Shown one piece after another: positions 34,752 through 48,647 of a DNA stretch of 64,000 bases; the stretch's first letter is position 1, and every line of letters starts with the position of its first letter. The stretch spans positions 92,132,001 through 92,196,000 of the forward strand of contig NC_043004.1 of assembly GCF_006345805.1 (NCBI RefSeq), written 5' to 3'. Source of the DNA: Octopus sinensis (taxonomy: Eukaryota). Under the pieces are notes generated by a model, which saw nothing but the letters and a program-made list of their open reading frames with translations, ran no database searches and was not told the DNA's origin. The translations under genes were made by a program, and so were the position numbers.

Positions 34752-34833
34752 ACACCGAAGAATGGGAAGCAAAACAGACATCTGCGGGGTTTGAACGTAA
34801 AGGATCATAATTACACACCACAGGCATGTTACC

Positions 34834-34933
34834 NNNNNNNNNNNNNNNNNNNNNNNNNNNNNNNNNNNNNNNNNNNNNNNNNNNNNNNNNNNNNNNNNNN
34901 NNNNNNNNNNNNNNNNNNNNNNNNNNNNNNNNN
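34834..34933. other. Assembly gap (100 N)
   Basis: Run of exactly 100 N, typical of an unsized scaffold join. Confidence 0.98.
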
Positions 34934-35410
34934 AGGTCTGCGCGATTGCAGTTGACCTGCAGTTCAGCGACAACTACAGACCATGTTCGCTTAACTGTGT
35001 CTCTCTAAATCACACCAATTTCACTCTTATCATCATGTCAGCGCAATCACTTACCAGATGATTCTATAGCATTTACGCAAACCACAACGAAGTTGCATCT
35101 ACATACTCGCACGACTACTAGCAATAACACATCGTAAAATAGATCGTTTTAAAAGAAGGACACGTAGGATAATGTGACAGTGTAACCTTAGACAAACTGT
35201 GTTTGAATAACGTATATGTACGACGGGTTGGTCACTATCGGAATGAGATTTGAATGGAGCTGACCCAAGAATAAACAACATTCCTGGCACATTACTTTAC
35301 TCGCTGCCCACAAGGTTGCAGATATTTGATGACAATAAATTATAAGCCTCCAGCCTTCCTATATGCGTGCCTACCTACACACTACTAACCTACACGCGCG
35401 CGCACACACA

Positions 35411-35451
<41 letters not shown>

Positions 35452-35459
35452 TATATGTT

Positions 35460-35677
35460 ATCTTTTGCTGGTTTCAGTCTTTGGACTGCGGCCATGCTGG
35501 ATCACCGACTTGAAGGGTTTCAGTCGGACAAATCGACACAGGTACTTATTTTTTATAAAGCTTGCTATTTATTCTATCGGTCTCGTTTATCGAAACACTA
35601 AGCTACGGAACGCAAACAAACCAACACCTGTTGTCAAGCATTGTTGGCGGTCGACACACAAGCAAATATATGTGTGT

Positions 35678-35723
<46 letters not shown>

Positions 35724-36050
35724 CTATAAGTATATATATAAGTATATATATATATATGAGTATAAGGCTTACAAAGAATAAGTCCTGGGGTCGATTCGTT
35801 CGACTAATGTTGGTGCTTCAGCATGGCCGCAGTTAAATGACTGAGACAAATAAAAGAGATATATATGTATATATATATATATATAATATATATATATATA
35901 TAGGTGCAGGCGTGGCTTTGTGGTAAACAGCTTATTTCTCATCCATGCAGTCTTAAGTTTAGTCCCTCTGTGCGGCACTCCGGGCTAATTAAAGTCTAGG
36001 GAATGGACTTAGTGGGCGGAAACTGAAAGAAACCAGTCATATGTAACGAT
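35460..36050. mobile_element. Cluster of family-A pieces: 3' module minus (35460-35660), 3' module plus (35760-35860), head plus (35900-36050)
   Basis: Homology to the A modules. Confidence 0.7.
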
Positions 36051-36266
36051 AGACACAAGGATGTACTTCCGGGAAAATGATACATATACATAGACACACA
36101 CAGAGGCAAATATACACATACACACACATACTTACACAAACATATATATATATATATATATACATATACACACATACATATATATCTATATTCTATACAC
36201 ACGCTATAAATATAAATATATATGTGTATGAATACACACACAACACATATATATATACACACATAT

Positions 36267-36309
<43 letters not shown>

Positions 36310-36398
36310 GTGCGGGTGTATTCACACACATATTTATTTATAATTTTTTATAGTGTGTGTCTATAAATATATATATGCAAATATATGTACGTTATGTG

Positions 36399-36440
<42 letters not shown>

Positions 36441-36822
36441 TGTGTGTACATGCATCATTGTCCCGGTTGTATATTCTGATATCTATCGTTCCATTTTATT
36501 CCTTTCATATAGACATTTGTCATAATCCTCCAAATTTTTTAATTAGCCTGTCAGGAAAAATATTTTATATTATATATGTGTATGCGCATGAATGTGTTTT
36601 ACTTTTTGTCCAAAAGTCAACACGCACGCACACACACACACACACACACACACTAACAAACACACACATATATGTATTACTGAGGCTACATGATCACGTG
36701 ATCATGTTATCCACAATTCTCAAAAGGTCATAATACTTTTACTATGTGGAATGTAAATACTGTAGCAATTTCTTATACAGGGATTGCGCTCAATCAGTGC
36801 AACACATTATAATTATGATTTC

Positions 36823-36878
<56 letters not shown>

Positions 36879-36894
36879 TGAATGATGATGATAA

Positions 36895-37123
36895 TCTTTC
36901 ACTTCTTCCAGTCACTGGCATGTGGCCATACTGGAGTACCGCTTTGAAAGATTTAGTCAAACAATTCGACTCCAGTACATTTTTGTTTTGTTTAAAGTCT
37001 GGTATTCCTTTACCGAAACGCTAGGTTATGCGGACGAAAGCAAACCAACACTGGTTATTAAGTGGTTGGGCAGGACAATCACCAACACACACACACACAC
37101 ACACACACATGCACACACACGCT

Positions 37124-37157
<34 letters not shown>

Positions 37158-37302
37158 CGACGGGCTTCCACACAGTTTCCGTCTAGTACACTCACAAGGC
37201 ATTGGTAAGTCTGGAGGCACCTTTCCAAAGTTCAACGCAAATGAACGAACCCCAAAAGCAAAAACCACGTGGTTTAAGCGAGCTTCGTAACCATACAGCC
37301 AC
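36895..37302 (-). mobile_element. Family-A SINE, decayed
   Basis: 'catatatatatatatatacgacgggcttcc' junction plus both modules. Confidence 0.75.
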
Positions 37303-37540
37303 ATCATCATCATCACGTAACGTCCGTTTTCCGCGCTAGCACGGGTTGGACGGTTTCGACCGGGGTCTGGGAGCCAGGGGCTGCCCCAGCTCCAGCTATT
37401 CTGGCATTGTTTCTACTGCATGCCCTTCCTAACGCCAACCACTCCGCGAGTGTATGGGTGTTTTTTTACGTGCCACCTGCACAGGTGCCCGAGGGGTCTG
37501 GCATCGGCACGTTCGGATGGTGCTTTTTTAGGGGGGGGGC
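37303..37540 (-). mobile_element. RTE-tail-type SINE or 3' fragment with (GAT)n tail
   Basis: 'catcatcatcacgtaacgtccgttttcc' and 'gcatgcccttcctaacgccaacc' resemble the common RTE 3' stem motif (recalled, not searched). Confidence 0.55.
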
Positions 37541-38096
37541 AGAAATATAGGGAGCACCATTGGGAGGGGTGGTTCAAAAATGATGACAGTTCTAGCAGTA
37601 AACTAGGATATCGAGAGAGGGGTAATTCATGGTGAAATAGCGTATTGAAAGGGGGTTCGAAGAGTAGACACTATAATGGTGGTGGAGAAGCGACATCGGT
37701 TATAGATGAGCAAAATATAGATATCCGGTATTGATGGTTGGGGGTGGGCAGGGTGGTGCAGCGCGTTTAAGTTTAAAAACTAAAATGAGCAAAACAAAAA
37801 TGATTTAAAACAACTGCTGTACATAAAAATAAAGAAATTCAATACTTTTCACATTCGCTTCTTCATTTATTGATTATATGCATTCCTCTCGCCAATGAGA
37901 CCAAATTTCCAGCAGTTGGTTTGCTGTTAAGGGTAAAGCAACAAGTTCCTGTTGGCAATAATACTTGTTGCAACAATCGGCTAAATCTGTTTCTCAGGTT
38001 GAATTACTTCATATCAAAGTTTGTCTCCAATCCTTCTACACAACGCGTCAAACCTATTCTTGGGCACCCTATTCTAGGGTACCCTACTATCTCCCA

Positions 38097-38486
38097 CAGT
38101 GGAGGCGCAATGGCCCAGTGGTTAGGGCAGCGGACTCGCGGTCATAGGATCGCGGTTTCGATTCCCAGACCGGGCGTTGTGAGTGTTTATTGAGCGAATA
38201 CACCTAAAGCTCCACGAGGCTCCGGCAGGGGATGGTGGTGATCCCTGCTGTACTCTTTCACCACAACTTTCTCTCACTCTTACTTCCTGTTTCTGTTGTA
38301 CCTGTATTTCAAAGGGCCGGCCTTGTCACTCTCTGTGTCACGCTGAATAACCCCGAGAACTACGTTAAGGGTACACGTGTCTGTGGAGTGCTCAGCCACT
38401 TACACGTTAATTTCACGAGCAGGCTGTTCCGTTGATTCGGATCAACCGGAACCCTCGTCGTCGTAACCGACGGGGTGCTTCCATCC
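38097..38486 (+). mobile_element. SINE head C + tail T2, full length with 11-bp TSD
   Basis: TSD actatctccca at 38086-38096 and 38487-38497. About 9 substitutions by eye versus the copy at 47944. Confidence 0.92.
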
Positions 38487-38693
38487 ACTATCTCCCATGT
38501 ACAAAACAAATAATGAAGTATATAGAGTAGCCATCAAAAGATAGATTATATATTTTATATCCCAACGGTAGAAAAATGGCTTGATTAGATGTTTCCAATC
38601 GGTCACTGTCTTTCTGACAGCGGAAGGGTCTTTTAATTAAATGCAGAGCAAATAATGCAAGGGTCTTCAACAGAAAAAGATCTGTTTGTTTTC

Positions 38694-38726
<33 letters not shown>

Positions 38727-38736
38727 TGTATGTATG

Positions 38737-38945
38737 CACGAAGTTGTGTTGAAAAGTTCCTGGCTTTAAGAGTGTCGCAAAAGGCCCGGCTGGAACCCTA
38801 ACATTCCGAGTCCTTTTATAAGGCTGAGAAAAAATAAAGGACCGCTCCAATAAGTGTCTGAATCTGAGAATATGTTCAATAAAATCATAATTAATTGATC
38901 CTCCAATATTTTCTTTTACCCAAAGCCAGAAATTTTTCTGCAACC
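38737..38945 (-). mobile_element. Mariner-type MITE, same family as 1461-1612
   Basis: TIRs containing 'gaaaagttcctggcttt' and its reverse complement; shared internal 'gggtaaaagaaaata...ttaattatgatttt'. Confidence 0.7.
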
Positions 38946-39215
38946 CGATTTGTGTTTAATATTTGCTTCTGTATCAAAATGTAATGTGCACGATAAATAT
39001 CAGTGATACAAGAGTGTACAGTATGTTATGCTTATGTATTAGTAAACTGGATTATTTCTTCGTATCCAAATGCCTTGTGGTGTTAGTATCAGTCAGCTAT
39101 ACCCATTGGTGAATCTGAAAAGTCCTTAATTCAAACTTATCATTTGGTTTAGTTGACGCCAATCAATTGTACAAACTCTCTAGGTACGAAGGAATAATTT
39201 GGTTTACTAATACGT

Positions 39216-39253
<38 letters not shown>

Positions 39254-39519
39254 AACAGTTTCTACCAAACAAATTCCACTCACGATGTACTAGTAACTTA
39301 AAGCCACCGTACAGGATTGTTGACAAAGTGCAGCTCGCTCAACAGAACCGAACTCTCAACCATGTAGTTGACAAGTGATCTTTTCAACCCCCAACAACCA
39401 TGCTTGACCATCCTAAACATTTAGCAATAGTTCAATTTGGAACGGAAAGCAGAACACAACTAGTCACCAAGAAATCTATTCCATCTTATATATATATATA
39501 TTATATATATATATATATA

Positions 39520-39806
39520 TTATATATTGTTTGTTCCTTCTCAAGCCATGCCTGGCTCAAAAGGTCCGGTTCCCCACCTGGACGGGACACCGGTTCGTCG
39601 CAGGTGAGCTGCAAGATGTAGGAGGTAAGAGTGAGAGAAAGTTGTGGCGAAAGAGTCAGCAGAAGTTCGGCATTATCTTCTGCCGGAGCCGCGTGGAGCT
39701 TAGGTGTTTCGCTCATAAACACGCACATCGCCCGGTCTGAGATTCGAACCCGCGATCCCTCGACCGCGAGTCCGCTGCTCTAACCACTAGGTCATGTGCC
39801 TCCACA
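39520..39806 (-). mobile_element. SINE head C + tail T4
   Basis: C head/core followed by 'cctgcgacgaaccggtgtcccgtccaggtgggga'; embedded in (TA)n. Confidence 0.8.
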
Positions 39807-39819
39807 CACTATATATATA

Positions 39820-40062
39820 GATCGGATAGCGTTATACATTGCTAGTCACAATGCGCTTTGCATTGTTTTAGCTTTCCAACGATGCCACCCTGCTGGCTAG
39901 GCAGACAGGTCAACATTGTCCCTGATCGGAAAGCTCGTGAATTGGAGATACGCGAAATGGAAGTATTTTGCTCAAGAATACAATGTGCAGACGGTCTGCG
40001 AATCGAAACTGCAATCTCACGATCGCGAGCGTAGTTCGCTTAACCACTAGGCCACGCGTCTT
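39820..40062 (-). mobile_element. SINE head D + tail T3
   Basis: D-type 'ttcttgagcaaaatact' core followed by 'gctaaaacaatgcaaagcgcattg', shared with 44552-44878. Confidence 0.72.
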
Positions 40063-40397
40063 CAAAATAATATACACACAGGTGAGCGCACACAACACAT
40101 ACACGCGTACGCGCACTATGTGAAACTGGTGTTAATTCCACAGAAATTGTAATTTATTTGTGCCTCTTTTCAGAGGACATTGTCTGACCTACATGAATGA
40201 ATTAATTAGACACCAAATGAGACGCAATTCACCCTGACTGGCCACGTTTGCATCCTCTCACATAATCAATCAAAACATCATAGCAGAAGGCTACATCATG
40301 TATGCAAGGCAAGGCAAACACCATGACTTATCAATTAGATTATGTGCCAATTTGTTGTGGTATATGCACACTTTCACTGCCGCCATCACCATCATCC

Positions 40398-40432
<35 letters not shown>

Positions 40433-40695
40433 AAAACCATCAACACCACCATGGCGCCACGATGGTTTTCAAACAACTCACTTTCTCACAGGTAGTTCGT
40501 TTAAGCACATGAAGTCTAACCAAAATAAGTAGTGTGCATACAGCACAACCTAATGACAACAATAATAATAATAATTATAATAATAATAACCATCATTATT
40601 ATTATTATTATCATTTTATTATTATTGTTGTTGTTGTTGTTGTTATTAAGTTGTGATAATAATAATTAAATGATAATAATAATAATAATGATAAC

Positions 40696-41138
40696 TCTTT
40701 CTACTATAGGCACAAGGCCTGAAAGTTTGGGGTAGAAGTTAAATCAATTACATCGATCCCCGTACGCAACGGGTACGAAAGGATGAAAGGCAACGACGAC
40801 TTTGGCAGAATTTGAAATCAGAACGTTGCCACGGTTGAAATATCGCTAGACATTTCGTCCAGCGTGCAAACGCTTTTGCCAACTCGCCATCTTAATAATA
40901 ATAATAATAATAATAATGCTTTCTACTATAGGCAGAAGGCCTGAAATTGCGTGGTGGGGAGTGGGGAAGGATAGTCGATTACATCGACCCCAGTACCCAA
41001 CAGGTAGTTAATTTATCGACGCCGAAAGGATGAAAGGCAAAGTCGACCTCGGCGGAATTTGAACTCAGAACGTAGCGGCAGACGAAATACCGCTAAGCAT
41101 TCCGCCCGGCATGCTAACGATTCTGCCAACTCGTCACC
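40696..41138 (-). mobile_element. Family-B dimer joined by (TAA)n
   Basis: Two units, ~40696-40893 and ~40918-41138, inside ATT/AAT tracts. Confidence 0.85.
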
Positions 41139-41139
41139 T

Positions 41140-41191
41140 TTTATTATCATTATTATTATTATTATTACTATTATTATTATTATTATTATTA

Positions 41192-41269
<78 letters not shown>

Positions 41270-41270
41270 T
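41140..41270. repeat. (ATT)n(AAT)n microsatellite
   Basis: Direct inspection. Confidence 0.95.
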
Positions 41271-41399
41271 TAAATCTTTCTTTTGAGTTTATCTATCAAG
41301 AGAAACTTTGGGTACGTGTACATGTATATCTGTATGTATTCATAACAAAAATGTTCGGGCACAAAAGTGGCGGATAATTGCAATGCTGATTATGCATAC

Positions 41400-41810
41400 A
41401 TTTTCCAGAAGCGGGCGGGAAGCGTGCTGTTGAGTATCCATCGAGCTTCTCTGTCTACTGTACCTGGGTGGGTCTTGGCGTAGAATCTTCAAGCACCTCC
41501 TCCAGAGAGTCCTATCAAACGCAACCCTCTATTAGACTTTCCAACTGAATGCCAAAACCACCTGAGCCTGGATATTCTCTAACCTTCTAGTCTACGGTCT
41601 ACTTCTAGGACTCCAGCCCGTTGGGTCAGGTTGAAGAATCCTTCTTGAGATTCTTTCCTGCAACCTTCTAATCATATGTCCGTAGTACCGAGGTTGTAAC
41701 CTCTCGATGCGGAAAAGCACAGAACTGACCCGGTAAGACTTCCTAATCTCCGATACATGTACCCTGTTGCATAATGTTACTCCAGAGATCCTTCGAAAAA
41801 ACCCAGTTTT
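41400..41810 (-). pseudogene. RTE-clade LINE 3' fragment
   Basis: FFRRISGVTLCNRV...EIRKS...IERLQPRYYGHMIRRLQERISRRIL...G.SPRSRP matches the RTE C-terminal LRW.GH..R...R.P...G.RPRGRP motif. Confidence 0.8.
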
Positions 41811-42330
41811 TAAGTTTTGATCGCTTCTATTTGCGATCGTACTCTTTTGGTCATTGCTCAACATTCGCAAATTTTCGTAGTAATCCTCAACTATATAAGG
41901 ATTGCTACGAAAATTTAACAGAAGATAACAAGATTCACAAAGCACAGGAAAATATTCTACAGAACGAACGGTTGAGTGGTATAGATAAGAGAATTCATAA
42001 ATGTTTAATTTTTCTTTTTTATTTTGTTGTCTACGGTGTTTTCCCCCCTAAATTTCGTATGAGGAGTTAACACTTTTTAAAGTATTATCGATATCTTGCG
42101 TTAGGAGGGTGTATTTTCGCTTTAAAAATAATTATCCAATTGTCTGTTCTTTTATATCTCAACAATTCATTCGTATCTTTTCACTGTTATCTCAATCAAT
42201 GCAGATATTTCAATGATTCCTAGATCTATCATTTATCTCACCATAACTCTTCACATTTGAATCTTAGTAAAAAAAAAAAGAGCAGCATTTTTACGCATAA
42301 ATACGCACGTGCACACACGCACACGCGTGT

Positions 42331-42362
<32 letters not shown>

Positions 42363-42799
42363 ACACTCACATACATATTCGTCTGCTCAGGAAGAAGGGG
42401 CTGTGTCCACTGCCTGTAGAAGCTCCCCGAGGCTAAAGATACGTTGATGCATTTATGCTCTGATTAGACTTGCAAGTCAACAGCATTCAGGAAAAGCATG
42501 TGCGGATTAGGAGCTCTAGATGTTTGATAAGCTGAGAAACACCATACCATCTATGCCTGGTCTTTCTCTCTACAACACACTGAACAACTATCTAGAGGAG
42601 ACAGTTGTCATACGACTGTTTTTATGCGGTTGATTCTATCTTATGTGATTGATTTCATTGAAGAACTCCAATCAAGCTCACGTGCACACTCCTCCAATAA
42701 ACATCATTTACGACCAGCTGCCCCCGACACTAATAAAAATTAAATTCCGTGAAGCTTCTCGGCTACTCACAAACAACTATACAAAAGATATCCAACGTA

Positions 42800-42971
42800 G
42801 GCGCAGGAGTGGCTGTGTGGTAAGTAGCTTTCTTACCAACCACATGGTTCCGGGTTCAGTCCCACTGCGTGACATCTTGGGCAAGGGTCTTCTACTATAG
42901 CCTCGGGCCGACCAATGCCTTGTGAGTGGATTTGGTAGATGGAAACTGAAAGAAAGCCTGTCGTATATATG

Positions 42972-43012
<41 letters not shown>

Positions 43013-43232
43013 GTATGTGTGTGTATATGTTTGTGTGTCTGTGTTTGTACCCCCTAGCATTGCTTGACAACCGATGCTGGTGTGTTTACGTCCCCGTCAC
43101 TTAGCGGTTCGGCAAAAGAGACCAAAAGAATAAGTACTGGGCTTACAAAGAATAAGTCCCGGGGTCGATTTGCTCGACTAAAGGCGGTGCTCCAGCATGG
43201 CCGCAGTCAAATGACTGAAACAAGTAAAAGAG
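42800..43232 (+). mobile_element. Family-A composite SINE, full length
   Basis: Near-identical modules to the copy at 17569-17990. Confidence 0.9.
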
Positions 43233-43269
43233 TATATTTTAGGGAAGATAGCAACTGATGAAAAATAAT

Positions 43270-44400
43270 GACCCGAAGACTTGCATACTATTTTTTGTTA
43301 GTGAGCTCTGAAGGATAATGGCAAAGCTGACTTCAGTGAGATTTGATCTCAGTGTGTAAATGAATGCAACTAAATACCACAAAGCATTTTGTCTGCTGTT
43401 CTAAACCTTAACTCCGCTAACTACCATCCTAATCATGGTTCTTAATTTAAACAAAAGGCCATAAATATTTTGATGAAAGCAGTTTTGGTGGTCCGATGAC
43501 TCTGTCAGCACGAACCTTCCAGAAATAGTGGACAGCAATGGATTGATGAATAGTGTTGCCGACCTAATTGAATAAAGTAATTGACAGACATATATTTGGC
43601 CAGGGAATGATGGGCGAAATTTCAGTTCGAAATATAAACAGAAACCCCTAAACACTACATTATCATACAAATCGTAATTACTCAAAAGAGGAAAACTTCT
43701 GAAGGTTACTGGTAGAAACCTCACAAATCACATTTATCCTGACCACCAGGGACGAAATCAAATTTCACAGACGTGAAATTTAAACTCGGAATGTAAAGAA
43801 TCACAAATATATCTCTTCTGACACCCCAATGGTTCTGCCAATCCACCAACGTAACAACAACACCAATAATAGATAATGATGATGCTGCTGATGATGATGA
43901 TTCCTGTAATATGGCCCAAGGGTGCCAAATGTCGAGGACAATATCAAAGCACATAGTACAACTCAGAAAGTGTCGAGTTTACATGGAACAAAAGCGAATC
44001 AACAAAATAACTTTGCCTCTCAGCCGTTTGGAGGAGCAAGGAAAAGGGTGCTGCTGGGATTGGAAATATACATAATTTAGTGGCGGTACCTTAGCATGGC
44101 CACAGCCTTTTGTTTTGAAACGCATAAAAAGAAAAAAAGAATAACAAAAGATATAAAAATAAAATTCAGCGTTGCCAAAAATATTGTTTCTGATTTAGGC
44201 ACAAGTCTAGCAATTTGGGAGAAGGGGATTGGCCGATACCATCAATCCAGTTCATGACTGGTACTTTATCTTATTGGTTCCAGGAGAATAAAAGGTTGAT
44301 GTCGATGGGATTTGGACTCAGAATGTAATGCAAAGAAATGCATCTAAATAGTACAAAGCATTTTGATTTTGTTGTTCTAATCCTTAATTCTGTTAGCCAC
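43270..44400 (-). mobile_element. Three decayed family-B copies (~43270-43410, 43735-43850, 44185-44400)
   Basis: Degenerate 'gaatttgaactcagaatgtaa' and tail motifs. Confidence 0.5.
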
Positions 44401-44551
44401 CAATCTAATTCAAGTTTAATTCAAGCTATAAATATTTTGATGAAGGGTGTTATTGATTTAACCCTTTTACTGCAGAAAGACGATATATCCACTCAAAATA
44501 TCGATATCCTTTGCTGCGCAATGCAGTTTTATATACCAATATATCTTTTAT

Positions 44552-44878
44552 GGGTGGAGGCGCAATGGCCCAGTGGTTAAGGCAGCGGAATCGCTGTCGT
44601 AGGATCGCGATTTCGATTCCCATATCGAGTGTTGTGAGTGTTTATTGGGCGAAAACATCTAAAACTCCACGAGGCTCCGGCAGGGGTGGTGGCGATTCCT
44701 GGTGTACTCTTTCGCCGCAAATTTCTCTCACTCTTTCTTCTGTTGGCCTGCTTGCTTAGCCAACGGGGTGGCTTCATTTGAAGGCTAAAACAATGCGAAG
44801 CGCATTGCCACCACTGATGTGTAGCAACATCTGATAGCCTGGTCGGTCACGTAACTTCATGATTATATATATATATAT
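44552..44878 (+). mobile_element. SINE head C + tail T3 with (TA)n tail and 13-bp TSD
   Basis: TSD atatatcttttat at 44539-44551 and 44879-44891. Confidence 0.85.
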
Positions 44879-46383
44879 ATATATCTTTTATAGAATTATG
44901 TCATGTTTCAAACTATTTTCTGTTGAGATACCTCGAGTTTATTAAAGCAATAAAATTTGGTACTAATTAATGATTGTATACATGTGTATACGAAGAACCC
45001 AGCGATGTATCGACTCTTCCCTTGCAGATCAAGTTTTAAGTATATTATTTAATGCTTAGTGACGGGAGGAGGGCTTTTTTCCTGACCCTTTTATAGGGCT
45101 ACCGAGTCAGGTGGAATGAACCAAATCAGTGGTCCAGAAAACATCGATAGTAATAATCCTGATAACAAAATGAATTCTGTGAATGGAAACCGATGATAAC
45201 AAATTAAGTCTTCCTCTTAAGCACAGAAAGAGTGCCTCCGACGAAACTCCACACAGTTATCACAGCACAATAGAACACACAACGCTTTGGTAGAAGACAC
45301 TTTACCAAAAGTGCTGTTTCGTAAGCTCGAGTTCGAAACCACGTATTTGCAAAAACAAATCTTTACCACATAACGATGCTTGCACCCTAGGTTGTATGTT
45401 ATATGTTTCCTCACAGTACTTGGGTTCTTATCCTTGGACAAGGGTATGTACATGAGTTATGTATTTTAAGGCGCAAAGGACATTATCACACGCTCCAGGC
45501 TAAGGAACCGTTATCATTATCGTCATCATCATCACCATGGTCATCATCATTGCCATAGGCGTCATCGTCGTCGACGTCATTATCGTATATTTTCATCGTT
45601 GTTGTAATTGCTTTTGCACTTGGTTGGTCGTTGACGTCATCACTAATCAGCAGCATCACCAACTACAGAAACCACACGAGCTTGCATGTCTTGTGGGTGT
45701 AGGAGCGATGAAAACAAGCAATAACAATATCGACAACAGCAGCAACAACAACAACAACAACAAAAACAGAGGTATGTCAATGATAAAAAGATGACATTTA
45801 TGATGATGATAACGCATGCTGATGGTGGTAGTGGTGGTGGTGGGATGATAGTAATGATATATGACGGTGATGATGATGATGATGATGATAATAATGATGA
45901 CAGAGGCGATGATGATTATGAGGAGGAGAGGGATAACAGATATGGGGAGGACGAGCAGGAAGAAGAGGATGTGGAGATGGCGGAGGAGGATGATAGATGA
46001 GGATGAGGATGATGACAGTGATGGTGGTGATGACTTATGCACATTAGTATACAAAGTACAATAAGATTCAAAGATATGCACCAAGTGGAAGGAGTGCACG
46101 GGCGCGCGCGCGCACACACAGACGTGTGTGTGTGTTTGTGTGTGCGTATGTGTGTGTGTCTGTGTCTGAGTCTGTGTTCGCATGTGCGTGTGTAAGTAAG
46201 GATATCAATATATCCTTTATCTTTTACTTGTTTCGACCATTAGACTGCGGCGGCCATTATGGGGCACCGGTTATACATATATGTATATATATATAAATAA
46301 GCATAAGACCGTTAATTTAAAATAAAACAACGATTTTATCAAGTGGCCAGCATGGAAAAAATAACCTTCAAAGGTAATAATTA

Positions 46384-46545
46384 TTAAAATTATAAATTAG
46401 GGTATCTACGAGATACCACCATGCTGAAAATAGCAGCCATGATCTGACTCTAAAACCACCTTAATTAAAGTGGTTTTAGAGTCAGATCATGGGTGCTATT
46501 TTCAGCATGGTGTTATCTCGTAGATACCCTAATTTATAATTTTAA
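46384..46545. repeat. 162-bp loop-less near-perfect palindrome
   Basis: Two 81-bp arms centred on ttaa|ttaa (46461-46468); 3 mismatched pairs counted by eye. Confidence 0.93.
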
Positions 46546-46996
46546 ATATGCATGTACGTAGATATCATGTATAGATATATGCGTATATATTGTGGCGGGA
46601 TGTATGTAGAAATTGCATATTGTTTGAATATATGAATTTATTTAAGTATGTATATATATATTCAAAGACAAAATGTTGTCATCACCAGAAAATAACAAAG
46701 ATACCTATGACAAATATTCATATAGCACGTTATAAGGATAGTCTCTAGGGTAAATCCGAGTAGCTATGTTCCGTGTTGGCATGATATAAACCTGATTGGA
46801 AATATGAATAGCAGCAAGGAGTGTAGCGTTTGATGTGTTGCTGTGACGCCAGATGCAGTAGTGACTAATATTGTAGGTGTTGTACTGTTCGTTGGTGAAA
46901 AGAGATGAATGCAAGAAATACCGTTATGTTTTCATTATAGGTGTGTGTGTGTGTATGAATATGCAAGCATATATATATATAACAGTTTAAACAGCT

Positions 46997-47034
<38 letters not shown>

Positions 47035-47053
47035 TATATATATATATATATAT

Positions 47054-47084
<31 letters not shown>

Positions 47085-47199
47085 ACAGTTGACATAACAG
47101 TTTAAACACCTCGAGCCAGTACTGCACCATGTCCACTAACTTATAACAGATACAACTAAAAGAAAAATTCTTTCTCTCTCCCTTTCCCCCTCTCTCTGT

Positions 47200-47421
47200 A
47201 TTATTATTATTATCATTATTATTATTATTATTATTATTATCATTATTATATTATTATTATTATTATTATTATATTATTATTATTATTACTTTTTTTTCTT
47301 CTTTCAAATTTGCTTCCATTTCTTGCCGAGTGTCTTCCCGACTCCTATTATTATTATTATCATTATTATTATTATCATTATTATTATTATTATCATTATT
47401 ATTATTATTATTATTATTATT
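47200..47421. repeat. (ATT)n microsatellite with interruption
   Basis: Direct inspection. Confidence 0.9.
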
Positions 47422-47943
47422 CCGGGCTGGTGTCCAGCGTACTGGAAGACCATTGAGAATGAGGTACCTCAGCTTTTGTTAACGTGTTAATTTTCTCTAG
47501 GAGAAGGTCATTATTCCGTTAAACCAGTTATGCAGGGAATCGCATTGAACATTCCGGAGATCATTTGCTTGCACTTGAGATCATGGCACACAAACATTCC
47601 TGATGCCGAAATCCATATTGGTACTGGATATCTCGCCCTGGTTCGTTTCTGGATCATGTCAATAGGGTGGAGAGGATCTGTGAAGTGTTGTGAAAATCTA
47701 ATTGGACATCAAATTTTAACTTGTGCAATTACCGGCGAGGAGACTCCCCGATCAACGAGCGAGTAGGAGGGCTCTACAGCGAGCATGGAAGCTGCGGGAG
47801 CGGACTCGGATAAACCCAGTCGCAGGTGCTATAGCCTAATGCACGAGCATTGCAGGTATTTTGCATAGGCAGTGGTCAGTAATAGTCTTCCCCGATCTCG
47901 AGTGGATAGCCATCATTATCACTATGTATGTATGTATTTATGT

Positions 47944-48340
47944 GGTGGAGGCGCAATGGCCCAGTGGTTAGGGCAGCGGACTCGCGGTCGTAGGATCGCG
48001 GTTTCGATTTCCAGACCGGGCGTTGTGAGTGTTTATTGAGCGAAAACACCTAAAGCTCCACGAGGCTCCGGCAGGGGATGGTGGTGATCCCTGCTGTACT
48101 CTTTCACCACAACTTTCTCTCACTCTTACTTCCTGTTTCTGTTGTACCTGTATTTCAAGGGGCCGGCCTTGTCACTCTCTGTGTCACGCTGAATATCCCC
48201 GAGAACTACGTTAAGGGTATACGTGTCTGTGGAGTGCTCAGCCGCTTACACGTTAATTTCACGAGCAGGCTGTTCCGTTGATTCGGATCAACCGGAACCC
48301 TCGTCATCGTAACCGACGGAGTGCTTCCATAATTGCCATA
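47944..48340 (+). mobile_element. SINE head C + tail T2, full length with 12-bp TSD
   Basis: TSD atgtatttatgt at 47932-47943 and 48341-48352. Confidence 0.92.
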
Positions 48341-48647
48341 ATGTATTTATGTTTGTCTTATTCATTCAGTCCAAGCTGAGAATTCACATCATAGCAGCGT
48401 TATGACTGAACAGCAATATTTTGAAGAATCTGCTTCCATTACACCAGGAATGGCCAACCTGTTTGGAGTAAGGAGCCACATGAGACATAGCTCATAATCA
48501 AGCTAATCGTATGGAACATGTTTATCATCAGGTGGGCCGCACAACTAATAACCATTACTTTCCTTCTGAAATTAGCAATGACATTCAGAAAGTCGAGCCA
48601 GATATTATGTACGTAAATAAAAACATACATACGTACGTACATACATA

